Source of the DNA: Octopus vulgaris
Taxonomy: Eukaryota
Direction of reading: 5' to 3'
NCBI GenBank assembly: GCA_951406725.2
Contig: OX597816.1
Location: forward strand, 65,596,001-65,660,000
Length of the DNA: 64,000 nt
Part shown: piece after piece, positions 24,877 through 40,265 of the stretch
Position numbering within the stretch: the stretch's first letter is position 1
Layout: every line of letters begins with the position of its first letter
Position numbers and translations under genes: made by a program
The notes under the pieces: model-generated
The model's database searches: none
The model's input: the letters and a program-made list of their open reading frames with translations, nothing else
What the model was told of the DNA's origin: nothing

Positions 24877-24965
24877 GCTCACTGTGGTCTCGTAGCTGTG
24901 GACCACAGTGAGCTCTGGCCGCCATAGCGCTCACTGTGGTCTCGTAGCCGTGGACCACAGTGAGC
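24877..24965. repeat. Two tandem hairpins (13-bp stem, 11-nt loop, 52-bp period) after a (ccaag/cgaag)n run
   Basis: gctcactgtggtc-N11-gaccacagtgagc twice. Confidence 0.85.
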
Positions 24966-25584
24966 CCAATGGCGCCCAGAGCGAGCTCAACACACTCCTT
25001 ATATCCTAAGTAAGGCATGTGTAAAATTTGAATGAAATCGGTTGTGTAGTTCTCAAGTTTTAGGGAAACACACATTCTCACGGCACGAAAAAAGCACCCA
25101 CTACACTCACAGAGTGGTTGGCGTTAGGAAGGTCATCCACCTGTATAAACACTGCCAGATCAGACTGGAGCTTGGTGCAGCCTCCTGGCTTCCCAGACCC
25201 CGGTCACACTGTCGAACCCGTGCTAGCACGGAAAACCGACGTTAAACGATGATGCTGGTGATGATTCTCCGTATTTGTTTCTCTCTCCTTTCTCTCTCAC
25301 TTTCCCACTCTCTTTCTTTTCTTTTCTCTCGGACTCTCCCTCGCTTTCTCTTACTCTCTATCTTTATCTATCTCTCTCCCATTTATAAACAACAGAAGAT
25401 CTTGAGTAAGTTGAGAAATAAAATATTTAGAAAGATCAATCATAAATATCAGGCAGTGGCAATGGAAAGGTCTGCTTCAAGACAGACAGCAAAATGCTAA
25501 CATTTAAAAGGGACAGACGAACTTGCGAGCTGAAGAAAAATAATAAAATATTGGAAACCAAAGTTTGAAGGGATAGAATCTGAG

Positions 25585-25842
25585 GATAGTAGAGTCACCA
25601 TGGCTGGCATTTGTTAACGACGGACAGCAACGTAGTGACAGTTTAACGGCTGGCGTAAAATTTTCAACTTGATGTAAAAGAAAATTCGTAAACACCAAGT
25701 TTTGAAGTGATTCTTTCTCACGACAGTAGACTCACCATGGCAAGCATTCAAAAGTTCTTTATCATGGACGGCAACACATTGACGATTAAAAGGCTGGCGC
25801 AAATTTTTTAGCTTGATGTAACAGAGAATTCCTAAACACCCG
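25585..25842. repeat. Diverged ~136-bp tandem duplication
   Basis: agtaga(g/c)tcaccatggc ... ggctggcg ... taaacacc occurs twice. Confidence 0.7.
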
Positions 25843-26076
25843 CTCCTTGAAATTTTAATCCCCTTCAAGCCCCATTTAGACCCCTTTTCACATTTTGGTT
25901 AATATAACCCGATTTCATTCGGGTCTACTGGGGCTACATTTTATAAGATGAGGAATTTTGTCCTAGAGGTGACGCCTTTCATTTGAGGAAAAAAATAGTT
26001 GTCATGCAAACTTGCCAGCACTTTTAACATAGGTGTGCATATTTTCAGCTGAATCGACCGACTACGTAATGCACAC

Positions 26077-26135
<59 letters not shown>

Positions 26136-28029
26136 GTGCACGCATTATATATACAAATGAGATATATATCTCTATAAATTAAATTAGAGATAAAACCACT
26201 AATAGGCAAATCAAACAGTGAAAAAACAAAAACATTAAAAAAAAATATAATATAGAAAATATAGAAAATATAAAATTGAAAAATTTAAATTATTTAAATT
26301 GAAAATAAAAATTATTAAATTATATTTATAATTTGTTTAAAAACATATATATAACTATGAAAAAGTATGAAAAAGTTTAAAATACATAAATACAGATATA
26401 TACACTTTGTATATATACATTATATATACATATTTATATATAGAACACACACATACATTATATATACATATTTATATAGAGAACACACACACACACACAC
26501 ATATAACTGAACGCAAGAATATCTGATTCATAATATTTGTTCTCATGCTCGTGTGTTGTTTGTTGGTGACAGACAGATACTTAAAAGAACGTCGCCGAAG
26601 TGATGGGAAGCTAGGAAACAGAGTCAGTGAAAAAGAGTGAATAGCGAGAGTGACAGATACTTTAAATAACGGTAGTCGAACTCTCAAAGTTATAGATGAA
26701 GGGGAGTAAGAGAGGGAAAGGAGGAAATAGCGTGAGTGAGGAAGATGGCCCCCTAGCAACCACACCTTTTAAGACAGGGATTTCTAAGGTAACCCACGAG
26801 TATCGTCACCTCATTCTATATATATATATATATATATAAAGCTGAAGTTGTCTGGATATATGTATGTATGTATGTGTGTGTGTGTATACGTATGTATGTG
26901 TAGAGACCTCTTTTGGCCCCACCTGAGTTTTGAAACTGAATGGGTAAATTTCCCCCTAACTATAGAGCCTTATTGTTCTGTTGAAGAACAATGTTGTTTT
27001 ATTCAACCGATGGCCTTGCCAACATTTGATTGATGTATTTTCCTCTTGACCCATAACCCTTCTAGGTTGTAAAGGGTTTAAATAGATAATATAAGGGATA
27101 TTTACCCTTTGAACAGCAGATCGAGAAATAAATTTTTTGTAACTAAACACTTTCAACCTTCGGACACTAACCCTAACCCTAACCCTAATGTGTCATATAA
27201 AACATATTTTACTTTTAATGTTACTCTTGACCGCGGCCATGCTGGAGCATCGCCTTTAATCGAGCAACTAGAACCCGGGACTTATTCTTTTTGTAAGCCC
27301 AGTACTTATTCTATCGGTCCTTTTGCCGAACCGCTAAGTAACGGGGACATAAATACACCAGTATCGGTTGTCAAGCAATGCTAGGAGGACAAACACAGAC
27401 GCACAAACACACACACATACATATATATATATATGACGGGCTTCTTTCAGTTTCCGTCTACCAAATCCACTCACAAGGCTTTGGTTGGCCCGAGGTTATA
27501 GTAGAAGACACTTGCCCAAGGTGCCAGACAGTGGGACTGAACCCGGAATCAGCCACTCCAATATTTTTTTAACATCTGGCCTGTAAAACCTAATAATCCT
27601 CTAAATATTTTATAAGTCATCATACTATTTTTATCTTTAAAAAAACAATGACCGAAGGAGTGAGAAGATTAGATTATTCATGAAGCGTCTTCATAAAAAC
27701 GAAAACACAGAACTCCTTTGGCATCTTAAATAAATACGATATTAATTCCAATAAAAGTAAAAAGACCCGTTTTCCTTGACCAACTTTACTGACGTCAGCA
27801 TTTGAATGGATAGGTATAGGGGTGTTTACAACTCTGTTTCATTACGATTAACTCATTCTATTGGGCCCTGAAAGATAAGACAAAAACCAGCCGAGCAGGA
27901 TTTGAAATGATTATTGTAAAATAATGCAAATGTCGGCTTACCTATACATGTGTGCCCCTACCCGACCGACTTTGTTGCCTCACAACTTCCAGAAAAATGT
28001 AAATTTTTTAATGAAATTTTCAAAAAATA

Positions 28030-28539
28030 CCGTTAATCCTCGAGTATAGTCTGCCCTTGAGTATAATACGCAGGGGATTTTTAGGGGGCTGTACCCCTGG
28101 AAAACCTAAACCATGTGTATAATACGCACCCCTTCTCTAACTTCAGTCAAGGAGGTCTATATAATTTTTGGTTTCTAAAAATGTATACAGTAACGTCCTT
28201 TATTATTATTGTATATATAACATAATGCAAACGTGTAGCTTTTTTGTGCATTTTGTTTGCAGAAAATAAAGAAATAACAGTAATAACGTTTAATAAATGT
28301 TGCTTATTGCAAGTTATGGATGATTCTTTTATGACTTCATTGCTTTCAGGCTTAGCTTAAGGTATTTTCGAGCCCGACATCACAAAATACCTCTGAATAA
28401 ACATTGCCTGACAGCAAATAGAGACTTGGACATTGCTTAGAAAATAATTTCCATTTTTAACCGCATATATAGTACGCACTAGGGATTTTGACCTTTAAAT
28501 TTTGGGAAAATAATGCGGATTATACTTGAGGATTTACGG
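28030..28539. mobile_element. pogo/Tc2-like MITE
   Basis: TA|ccgttaatcctcgagtata ... tatacttgaggatttacgg|TA imperfect TIR with TA TSD. Confidence 0.8.
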
Positions 28540-29007
28540 TATGTTTTAGATGGTGTATATTCCGCTTATGTAGGAATTTAATATTTTAAAAAATTCTGTG
28601 GTTAGGAAGAGAGGTTTCGGGAAATTCACATGAGTTGACTTTGTTTCCTCATAACTTGGGTATTTTTTAATGAAATTTGCTACAAATACTTTTCAGAATG
28701 TATACATTCAGATTATATTGGAATTTGATGTGAAAAGGAAAATAGTGGCACACATCACAATTTCTTTCGAAATCTCAAGTTTCATTTTGTACATATATAT
28801 GATATCCATTAGTACATATGTGCATAAAAGCCCACCATTTTTGTATTTTCTTTTGTCATATTAAAACCCCAGCGTTTTCGATAGCCGCTCATGAAAAAGT
28901 GAAAGTCTTTCTTCGGCAATTTCTTGATTTCAGCAACTATTTTCGGAAAAAAAAATTGCCCCCTACCCCTCCACCTCCAGTTTCTTCATTTCTCGCTTGT
29001 TTCCGTA

Positions 29008-29130
29008 ACTCTAATCCTAAATCCCAACCCTAACCCTAAAACCCAAAACCAAACCCTAACTCTAAAACCCTAACCATAAAACCTAGCTCTAAAACCCTAA
29101 CCCTAAGACCCTAACCTTAAAACCCAAACC
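29008..29130. repeat. Degenerate interstitial (CCCTAA)-like tract (shorter one at 27167-27188)
   Basis: ccctaaccctaaaacccaaaaccaaaccctaactctaaaaccctaacc. Confidence 0.75.
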
Positions 29131-29591
29131 CGGATCTTTTCTTTTGGAAAGCCAGATTTTTCAGATTTTTCTAGTTAACTAAATAATTTGAAACTTCGTA
29201 TACTGGTAGAATGTGTGAAAAGAAAACAATAATTTCAACTAGATTTTTTGACAAAAATATATTTTATAAGTTTAAACGTAGTTTAAATCTGCGAATTTTA
29301 ACCAATCATATTGTCTGTTTTCATTTGAAATTATTAGCTGCATAGTGTTAATGTGATGTAGATAGCTATTTTGTGAGTGGGTACGCAGTAAGCAAACAGC
29401 TGTGGTAGATGTGGTTATCATGGCAGTGGTGGTAGTGGTGACAGTGGATGTGTATGATGGCAGCAATTATAGTGTTGGTGTTTTTGTAGAGGTGGTGGTG
29501 GTGGTGTTGGCGGCAGTGGATGATGATGATAAGGATGATGATAGTAGTAGTAGCATTGATAATGTTAGGATGTCTCATGGATGGTAGTGTT

Positions 29592-29634
<43 letters not shown>

Positions 29635-29826
29635 ATGGATCAAAACAGTTTGATTCAAATTCTGTGGTACTTATATGTTCATACATACATATACATGTAG
29701 ATGTATATAACATATATATATTGTATGTAAACATCTTTTATATATATATAATGTATGCATCTATAATACACACACATTATAAATATATACACATATATGC
29801 ATATGCATTAGAATATGTGTGGTGTA

Positions 29827-29892
<66 letters not shown>

Positions 29893-30254
29893 TATGTTTG
29901 TATACATGTGTGTGTAGCTATTTAGGATCTACACAAATTTTATATATACTCCACGAAGTTTATGATAAGCGGAGATGTTTACATTTTAGATAGCTGTTTA
30001 CGTTAACTACGTCACAAAATAGCAGTTTACGTCACAGTAACAATATTTTGAGAAGCAGTAAATAATATGAGGCCGAAAGAAAGAATATCATTGGTTAAAA
30101 TTCGAATTTTTAAACAACGTTAAACTTAGAAATTACAATTCCGTTTTCATTTTGGTTAACAATTATGTTTTCTTTTGACACATTCTACCAGTATACGAAG
30201 TTTCAAATTGTTTAGTTGACTAGGAAAATCTGGCTTTCAAAAAGAAAAGATCCG
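29131..30254. mobile_element. Foldback/MITE-like element with ~100-bp or longer TIRs and a microsatellite-filled interior
   Basis: cggatcttttcttttggaaagccagatttt...tatactggtagaatgtgt versus acacattctaccagtatac...aaaatctggctttcaaaaagaaaagatccg. Confidence 0.8.
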
Positions 30255-30829
30255 TATGTATGTATGTATGTATGTATGTATGTATGTATGTATGTATGTA
30301 TGTATGTATGTATGCATGTATGTATGTATGTACGTATGTATGTATGTACGTACGTACGTATGTATGTACGCGTATGTATGTATGTATGTACGTACGTACG
30401 TATGTATGTACGCATGTATGTACGTACGTACGTATGTATGTACGCATGTACGTACGTATGTACATATGTACGTATATGTACGTACGTATGTACGTATGTA
30501 TGTATGTATATATATGTACGTACGTATGTATGTATGTACTTACGTACGTATATATGTACGTATGTATGTATGTATGTATGTATGTATGTACGTACGTATG
30601 TATGTATGTACGTATGTATGTACGTATGTATGTACGTATGTATGTACGTACGTACGTATGTATGTATGTACGTATGTATGTATGTACGTACGTACGTATG
30701 TATGTATGTACGTATGTATGTATGTACGTACGTACGTATGTATGTATGTACGTACGTACGTATGTATGTATGTATGTATGTATGTATGTATGTATGTATG
30801 TATGTATGTATGTACGTATGTATGTATGT
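30255..30829. repeat. Compound (TATG/TACG)n microsatellite
   Basis: Direct inspection. Confidence 0.97.
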
Positions 30830-31248
30830 AAGCGCCACAGAGAGATGTACTGATGGCATTAGTGGCCATTTCTCATCCCTAACTTGATCGTCAATAACTT
30901 CACAGTAACGTCTTCCTCTTCCGTCCATCCGATAATGTATCTTTTATTGAATATATCCTTGACTCTATTTCCTATTATCAATTTCTATAAACATTTTGAT
31001 TCATTCTGACTTAACAGAACATGCATATACCGTAATTGTTATTGTTGTGTAACACTGGGTTCGATATAATTGACTAGTCCCATATCCACAAATATCAGGA
31101 CTTGTGCCTATAGTTGAAAGGATCATCATCATCATCATTATCATCATCATCGTCGTCGTCGTCGTCGTCGTCGCGCGTCATTGTCGTCATCGTCGTCGTC
31201 GTCGTCATCATCATCATCACCATCACCATCATCATCATCATCATTATT

Positions 31249-31279
<31 letters not shown>

Positions 31280-31329
31280 TTATTTTTATTATTATTATTA
31301 TTATTATCATTATTATTATTATCATTATT

Positions 31330-31607
31330 ATTATTGTTATTATATTTTTCTCTTCTTTCTTCAAATGTTCTTCCGTTTCTCGACTCGTGTTTTCCGTACA
31401 CCTAGGACAGAGAAACTCATTGTATGCATTCCCAGATTACACACGCAAATTCACAGGTAAAATATGTGTTTAAAAAAATTAATAAGTAAATGATTTCATA
31501 AATGGATGTTTTCACAGCGATAATACTCTTCTCAGCACATGAGTCGTTCCTGTTAACATGATTTTTTTGCACTTCCTGTAAGGATGGTAAGCCTGGTATC
31601 ATTTTCA

Positions 31608-31610
<3 letters not shown>
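31330..31610 (-). mobile_element. 3' end of an RLE-type LINE (R4/Dong-like) within (TAA)n
   Basis: KMIPGLPSLQEVQK..LTGTTHVLRRVLS (one frameshift) resembles the QKxxLxGTxxILR C-terminus; (ATT)n on both sides. Confidence 0.6.
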
Positions 31611-31689
<79 letters not shown>

Positions 31690-31970
31690 TCAAATTTGCT
31701 CTCAGAATTTGAACATCACATCCAGCATATTATTATTATTATTATTATTAATATTATTATTTCAAATTTGCTCTCAGAATTTGAACATCACATCCAGCTT
31801 TTTTCAGAAGCACATTTTCGGTCGTTAGCATATGACACCTTCTATCTTTTTATATTTGTTTCAGTCATTAGACTGCGACCATGCTGGGGCACCACCTTGA
31901 AGAATTATGATTATTAATATTATTATTATCATCATCATCATCATCATCACCATCACTATCATCATCATCG

Positions 31971-32013
<43 letters not shown>

Positions 32014-32179
32014 CATCATCATCATCATCATCATCATTATTTTTATTATTATTGAGTGAGAGAGCAGTGTATGCCATCAAAGTGATACTGGGATAAAATA
32101 TATGAAGCCCAGTATACCCATCATGACTACCCGTCTGATGAGGGTACACTAGGCACATGCATCATAACCATGTGTGCGC

Positions 32180-32630
32180 GACTTGTTTTTTTAGTTTGGC
32201 CAATATGTTGTTCTTGCTATTAGGGTTTTCCGAAGCACATGTGAAGTTGTTATTCACTGTAAAACGTTGACCCTGTTGGGGTTTTCACTGTAAAACGTTG
32301 ACCCTGTTTGAAAGAGAATTCCGATCCCTCAATTATATTTAGCTATGGTAAAAATTTGTCATGATATGTTTTGTCTTCAGTGTGGTTGATGCAAACCCCG
32401 CTATTGGGGCAGCACACTCGTTGACTTTGGGGTGGAGTTTCCGGAAGGTAATTTACCGCAGGTGGGTAGTTTTTTGATTGTCCTTTGCTTTTGATTATTT
32501 TGATTATTTCGAATGCTTGTTTCATTCTTAGATCTTGTCTCAGTAGTGGAATGATCTGTTGAATGCAATCTTGAATATAGTTTCGTTGGGCGATAGTGTT
32601 GGATCTCCAAGTAAAATATTCTTCCCCAGG
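32180..32630 (-). pseudogene. Penelope-like element linker + GIY-YIG fragment (Neptune/Poseidon-like)
   Basis: IIKSKGQSKN..CCPNSGVC, EFSFKQGQRFTV, NFTCASEN, QEQHIGQT; frameshifted, with an internal ~25-bp duplication. Confidence 0.65.
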
Positions 32631-32632
32631 TA

Positions 32633-33126
<494 letters not shown>

Positions 33127-34263
33127 TATGAATGCCTGAAAGATGTCTCGATATATCTTACATTTTCTTAGTATAATTGTTAAAAATCCTATGTTCTTAT
33201 AAATAAGCGTAGATGTTTCCTGATTTGGTTGGAAGACCGGGGTTAATCATCCGAAAGAAAATAAGTCCGTCGTTTCTTTATAGGTTAGTTTTACTGTAGG
33301 GAATTTTTCACGGAAGAATTATATATACATATGTATGTATGTATGTATGTATGCATGTATGCATGTATGTATGTATGCATGTATGCATGTATGTGTATGT
33401 ATGTATGCATGTATGTTTGTATGTATGTATGAATGTATGCATGCATGTATGTATGTATGCCTGTTTGTATGTATGTATGCATGTATGTATATATACATGT
33501 ATGTATGTTTGGTTAAACACACACACACTCACACACATACACATGCACGCACTCAGACGCACACAGACACAATATGCCGGAGGAAAAGTTTGGTTTCTTA
33601 CGTCTATTCAAATTCTTGTTTTCTTTATTAACGGTAACGCACACGCCGTAGGGTTGATTATATGTGTATACATATATATACATATATGTGTGTGTGTGTG
33701 TGTGAACGTACTTTTACCCACTATATTTTAGTTGGTGCTAAAGATACGGTAAAAAGACACTTAGCCAAAGTGTCACGCAACTGGATCGAACCCGGAAACA
33801 CGTCGTTGCAAAAAAAGTTTACTAACTGTACAGGCATGCATGCAACACAGACACATACACACACAAATAAACAATTAATCACTGCCATCAGTACTATAAG
33901 TGACATGTTCTCCACTGTCCTGACTTTATTTCCTGATATTGTCATTGCTAATGTCATCACTTTCTACAACAATGTACTTTAGTTAATTGGTTGAAGGTAG
34001 CAAGTGTCAATCAATATTTGATAAGGACACGCCCACTTTTCATTCCTATTAGTGTGCTCCATTCTTCGCATATACTGATCTCAGTTATTCCGCGACACGC
34101 AGCACGATCAGAATCCACACATCCTATACGAGGTGAGTTTACCATTATTTCAATAATGATCAGCTTCTGTGTCAGTTCTAGCGTGTAGTATATTCGTTAA
34201 TTTTCTTAGGGCATACACACACATTCACACACACATATACGCCTGTATATGTGTGTTTGTGTA

Positions 34264-35537
<1,274 letters not shown>

Positions 35538-35997
35538 AATTTTGTACTTTCGGGCACCGATTGTCGTTCACTGTTGTAATGATCAGATTCTTTGTTGATC
35601 TTTCGATTGATTTGCTTTTGAACGTCCCTCATCACACAACTGTGAAACATATTTGATTTCCCTGCAAATATCTTCTTTTCCCCTCTGATATGCATATGCA
35701 TTTGAGTGTGTGTGTGTTATCACGATCCTGTGTATGTGTAACTGATATTGTGGCGGTATATCATATACATACATATTATGCATATATATATATGTATATA
35801 CATATATATACATATACATATATATATACATACATACGGGCTTCTTTCAGTTTCAGTCAACCAAATCCACTCATATAGCTTTGGTCGGCCCGATGATATA
35901 GAAGAAGACACTTGCCCAAGGTGTCACGCAGTGGTACTGAACCCGGAACCTTGTGGTTGGTAAGCAAGCTACTTACCACACAGCCACTCCTGCGCCT

Positions 35998-36378
35998 AAA
36001 ATTATAATTAAGGGTATCTAAAAGTTGCCATCATGCTAGAAATATCAGTCAAATCTTAACTCTAAAACCACATCAAATATTTATACATCACCAGGAGAGA
36101 AGACAAAGAGACAAAATAAAGTAGCAAAAATTATTGGATAATTCCAGATCCCAGATTTCTGACTTTGCAGAAGAAATGCTTTGCCTCATCAGTGGAATAT
36201 ACACAAAATAGTACATAAATACAAATATATATATATACATACAATATGCGAATACTTACATATACGCACGTATACACATATATATGCACGTATGCATAGG
36301 CCAGTTTAAATTTAGAGTCAAGTTTTGACCGCTATATCTAGCATGATGGCATATTTTAGATACCCTTAATTATAATTT
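35998..36378 (-). mobile_element. Short element with ~68-bp terminal inverted repeats enclosing a hammerhead motif
   Basis: aaattataattaagggtatctaaaa...actctaaa / tttagagt...ttttagatacccttaattataattt. Confidence 0.75.
36141..36198 (-). ncRNA. Type I hammerhead ribozyme-like motif
   Basis: attcca-CTGATGA-ggc..gtca-GAAA-tctggga-TC-tggaat: 6-bp stem I, AUC site, weak stem II. Confidence 0.65.
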
Positions 36379-36478
36379 TAATAATAATTATTACCTATGA
36401 GGTTTTTATTCTCATGCTAGCCACTTGATATGATCGGTATTTTAAATAACGATTTTATCCTTATTTATATAAATTTAT

Positions 36479-36525
<47 letters not shown>

Positions 36526-36602
36526 AAAAGGTTAAGAGCAACTCCTAAGTTTCACCGGTTTGACTGTTATATATTTATATTTATGTGTACATATATGTAT
36601 GT

Positions 36603-36650
<48 letters not shown>

Positions 36651-37888
36651 TGTTTGTGTGTGTGGTAGGCAAATTCTATCTAGATAGGGTTTATTAATAT
36701 TTTAACTAAAAATGATGCACTAACAGTAATTCATTACCATTTTGGATAAATTGTTTGAGAACGATGCTGGCAAACTTCGTAAAGCAGTTTGTCCAAATTA
36801 TAGAGATTGCATATATCTGTTATTGTTCTACGATTGCTAATTCGTTCAGAATATCTACATTTTTCTGAGGATCTCAGAATAATGGCCCAATTTAGACATC
36901 ATAAAAGTACATAAAAAAAAATTGTTTTTGTTGATATGAGCGGGAATTGCATAGATTCATGAAATTCACCTTGTCTATGAAATTAATCTTTTACTCTTAC
37001 ATTTTTTGTTTCTGAGAAAACGTATTTTCCCTAAAAATTTTGCGCTAGTTTATATTGAAAAATACATAAACAAACTGTTAATTCTTTTTCTTTCTTTTTT
37101 TTTTATTTTGTACATTTTCATAAAGTTCCGTTTGAGCATAAAACATTAAACGTTACTCTTTCTTAAATGTTTTTTTTTTAAATTTTTTTGGTGGGGGACT
37201 TGCTTTTTTTCCCCAAAAATTTTGTACTAGTTTACCCGATTGCTCCAACTCGGTTGTATTCAATCTTTCATGGCTAAGAGTTGCCTTTCGCAGAATAGCA
37301 TTTTACAAATACCACTCCTCGTTCTTTGCAAAAACGAAAACAAAATAGCAGAGTATTTCAAAGAAATAGAAACTAATTTTACGCAGTGATCCATATTTTC
37401 TTTTCTGTTCTCTTCAGTATATGCCGCTTTTTAGATATTTACGTGGACTAGTGCTTTCTATGTTGAAAATTATAATAGAGATAAGGATTCTAAATTAAAT
37501 TTATATTGAACATTACTTAAACCCTTCGCTCTCTGGAGCATACGCCATCGATGATTTTTCCCACTGTTCTCGACTCTGGGCTGTCTTTGCCCGAGAAAAG
37601 GCCTTCCTTTCCTAGGTACTGATGGTTTTGAATTGCCATCGGTGCTCCTGTAACTTTGCATTTTTTTTTCTAGAGATAGGTCTTTGCAAACCCATTTTTA
37701 TCTCTGGAAAGAAGTGATCCATATTACTCTGGCCTCTATCCTTTGAGCTGCTATGCGTGGAAGGCCCTATAGGAGATTGCACTTTGCTGGCATTGCTCTT
37801 ATGGTCATTGAAGCACACTAGCCACCGAGTGAACCCGGAACCATGTGGTTGGGAAGCAAACTTCTTACCACACAGCCACGCCAGCACC

Positions 37889-37933
<45 letters not shown>

Positions 37934-37996
37934 CTGTGTGTGCGTGTGTGTGTGTACACACATATATATACATATATATGTATATATATGTAGTGA

Positions 37997-38312
37997 CGGC
38001 ACGTGGCTTAGTGGTTAGGGCATTCGGCTCATGATCGTAAGGTTGTGAGTTCGATTCCCGGCGACGCGTTGTGTCCTTGAGCAAGACACTTTATTTCACG
38101 TTGCTCCAGTCCACTCAGCTGGCAAAAATGAGTTGTACTTGTATTTCAAAGGGTCAGCCTTGTCACTCTCTGTGTCACGCTGATTATCCCCGAGAACTAC
38201 GTTAAGGGTACACGTGTCTGTGGAATGCTCAGCCATTTGCACGTTAATTTCACGAGCAAGCTGTTCCGTTGATCGTATCAGCTGGGACCCTCGTCGTCGT
38301 AACCGGCGGAGT
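37997..38312 (+). mobile_element. SINE family B-related copy
   Basis: tRNA-like A/B boxes (tggcttagtgg, gagttcgattccc), gtccttgagcaagacactt core, body shared with 5258-5625. Confidence 0.8.
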
Positions 38313-38322
38313 CTTTTTTTTT

Positions 38323-38375
<53 letters not shown>

Positions 38376-39699
38376 TCGTACATACATGCATACATGCATA
38401 CATACACACACATATCTTCGTACATATAAAGAGTAGAGACCCCCCTTCGGTCATGAATGATCATGAGCTTGCACCTAGAAAGTTACACTCCGAGGCACAA
38501 GTCTGCCCAATGTTGTTTATGGAAGGCCAGCTGTCGCCCATGCATACCAGCTTCCTCTATCTTTACTCTCGTCAAAGAAAATATTTCTCCAGCGTTCGCT
38601 ATTTTACCCTTGTTCTAACGACCCTCCATGTTTGTTTTCATTCGGTTTCCTTGTATGTCTCCGTCTTGTTTTTGTTCCCCGCCATAAATCCCAAATTTTA
38701 TTTTGGTACTTATGGGAACAACTGTTTACGAATATTCATATTGTCATTCAAGGCAATAATGTTATCCAAGGGAAAGGCAAAGGCCAATACTGCTTGGCAC
38801 CAGTGACGTCGTAACTCATTTCTACAAGAGAATCAACTGGGGCAACGTGAAATAAAGTGCCTTGCTCAAGAACATAATACACAGCCCGGTCCAGAAATCG
38901 AACTCACTACCTCATGATTGTAAGCCCGACGCTCTGACCAATGAGCCATGCACCTTCTTTGTACATATACATTATACTAACAAACGCAAATTTCTGTGCC
39001 TGTGTCCGCATAGCATCCCATCTTTTAGACACAGATCCTAAGTAGGAACATCAAAGACTTCGGCAATAAGGTGCTCTTCATACTGGTTGTGGGATAAGAT
39101 GCCTCTGGGTAACAATTTTTTTATTCATAAAATCCTTTCACTCCAGACGAAATGCATGGCACACGATGTCATAGTTTCCACATACTGAAACCATTTTGCA
39201 ACTAATTTTTCTTTTGCATGGTTTTTAACCATGTAAAAAAAAGTTGAATACGTGAACGATAAAAATTATATTTATATTTATTGAAATATGGTCAGAAAAG
39301 CTGTACATGTTTACACGTTGATATTAAAATAGGAAAGGGAGAAAACAGTATGGAAGCGAGGAGAAACGGTTTATTGAAAGAAAAACAAAACCCAAAATGC
39401 CAAGTTAACGAAAACCTGTATATTCCAGCACCCTACCCAAAAAAGGTGAGAAAAAAGGTCCAGTGGAATTTTTATTTGATACATTTTCGTTTGATAAATT
39501 CTATCTATACAAATATGGGCGCAGGCGTGGCCGTGTGGTAAGAAGCTTGCTTTCCAACTACATGGTCTCGAGTTCAGTTCCACTGCGTCTCAGCTTCGGC
39601 AGCTTTCGCACCTTGGGCAAGTGTCTTCTAGTATAGCCTCAGGCCGGTCAAACTTTTTTGTGAGTGCATTTCGCTGACGGAAACTGAAAGAAGCCCTTC

Positions 39700-39754
<55 letters not shown>

Positions 39755-39895
39755 GAAAAATACAGTGTACATTTAAACAAATAAGGGATGACCCTAATAG
39801 GACATCTGACTCACTAGAAAGAGCAGTTAAACTCCAAACCACTGATAGTTGTAATTCTGAAAGGGAATGGGAAATAAAAAACGTTTACCCTATCT

Positions 39896-39984
39896 TTCCT
39901 GGACTATGCATAGTTTCGACAATCTTTTGTAAATAAAATAAAATGATTTTAATTTACAACTGACGTTGCCATCTTCAGCAGGAA
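39896..39984 (-). ncRNA. Type I hammerhead ribozyme
   Basis: ttcctg-CTGAAGA-t-ggcaa...ttgtc-GAAA-ctatgcatag-TC-caggaa: 6-bp stem I, extended stem II, palindromic stem III, GUC site. Confidence 0.85.
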
Positions 39985-40197
39985 GCCAAGACTAACATAT
40001 AGGCTCGAGGCGATAAGGACCATGTCTCGTGTCTATATGTTATAACTTTTCAAAATCCACCAGGCACGCGCGGTTTTTTCAGCTGTAAATACGAGTGCCG
40101 ATTTTCTTTCAAAATTAGCCCAAAATAACTTTTATCGTTAATTAATAAATCTTAGGGTAGCAAAGAATTTTTCTAAAGTTTTTTTTGCTACCCTACG

Positions 40198-40265
<68 letters not shown>

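Noticed and set aside
32125-32150. CTGATGA inside the tacccgtctgatgagggta hairpin
   Set aside because: No downstream GAAA or stem III, and the sister copy at ~50860 lacks the motif
37480-37820. Possible LINE 3' end on the minus strand (RKGRP...AYAP-like)
   Set aside because: Too decayed to assign by eye
37997-38072. tRNA-like sequences at SINE heads (also 5258, 56557, 59029)
   Set aside because: A/B boxes are present but there is no complete cloverleaf and each continues into a SINE body; not tRNA genes
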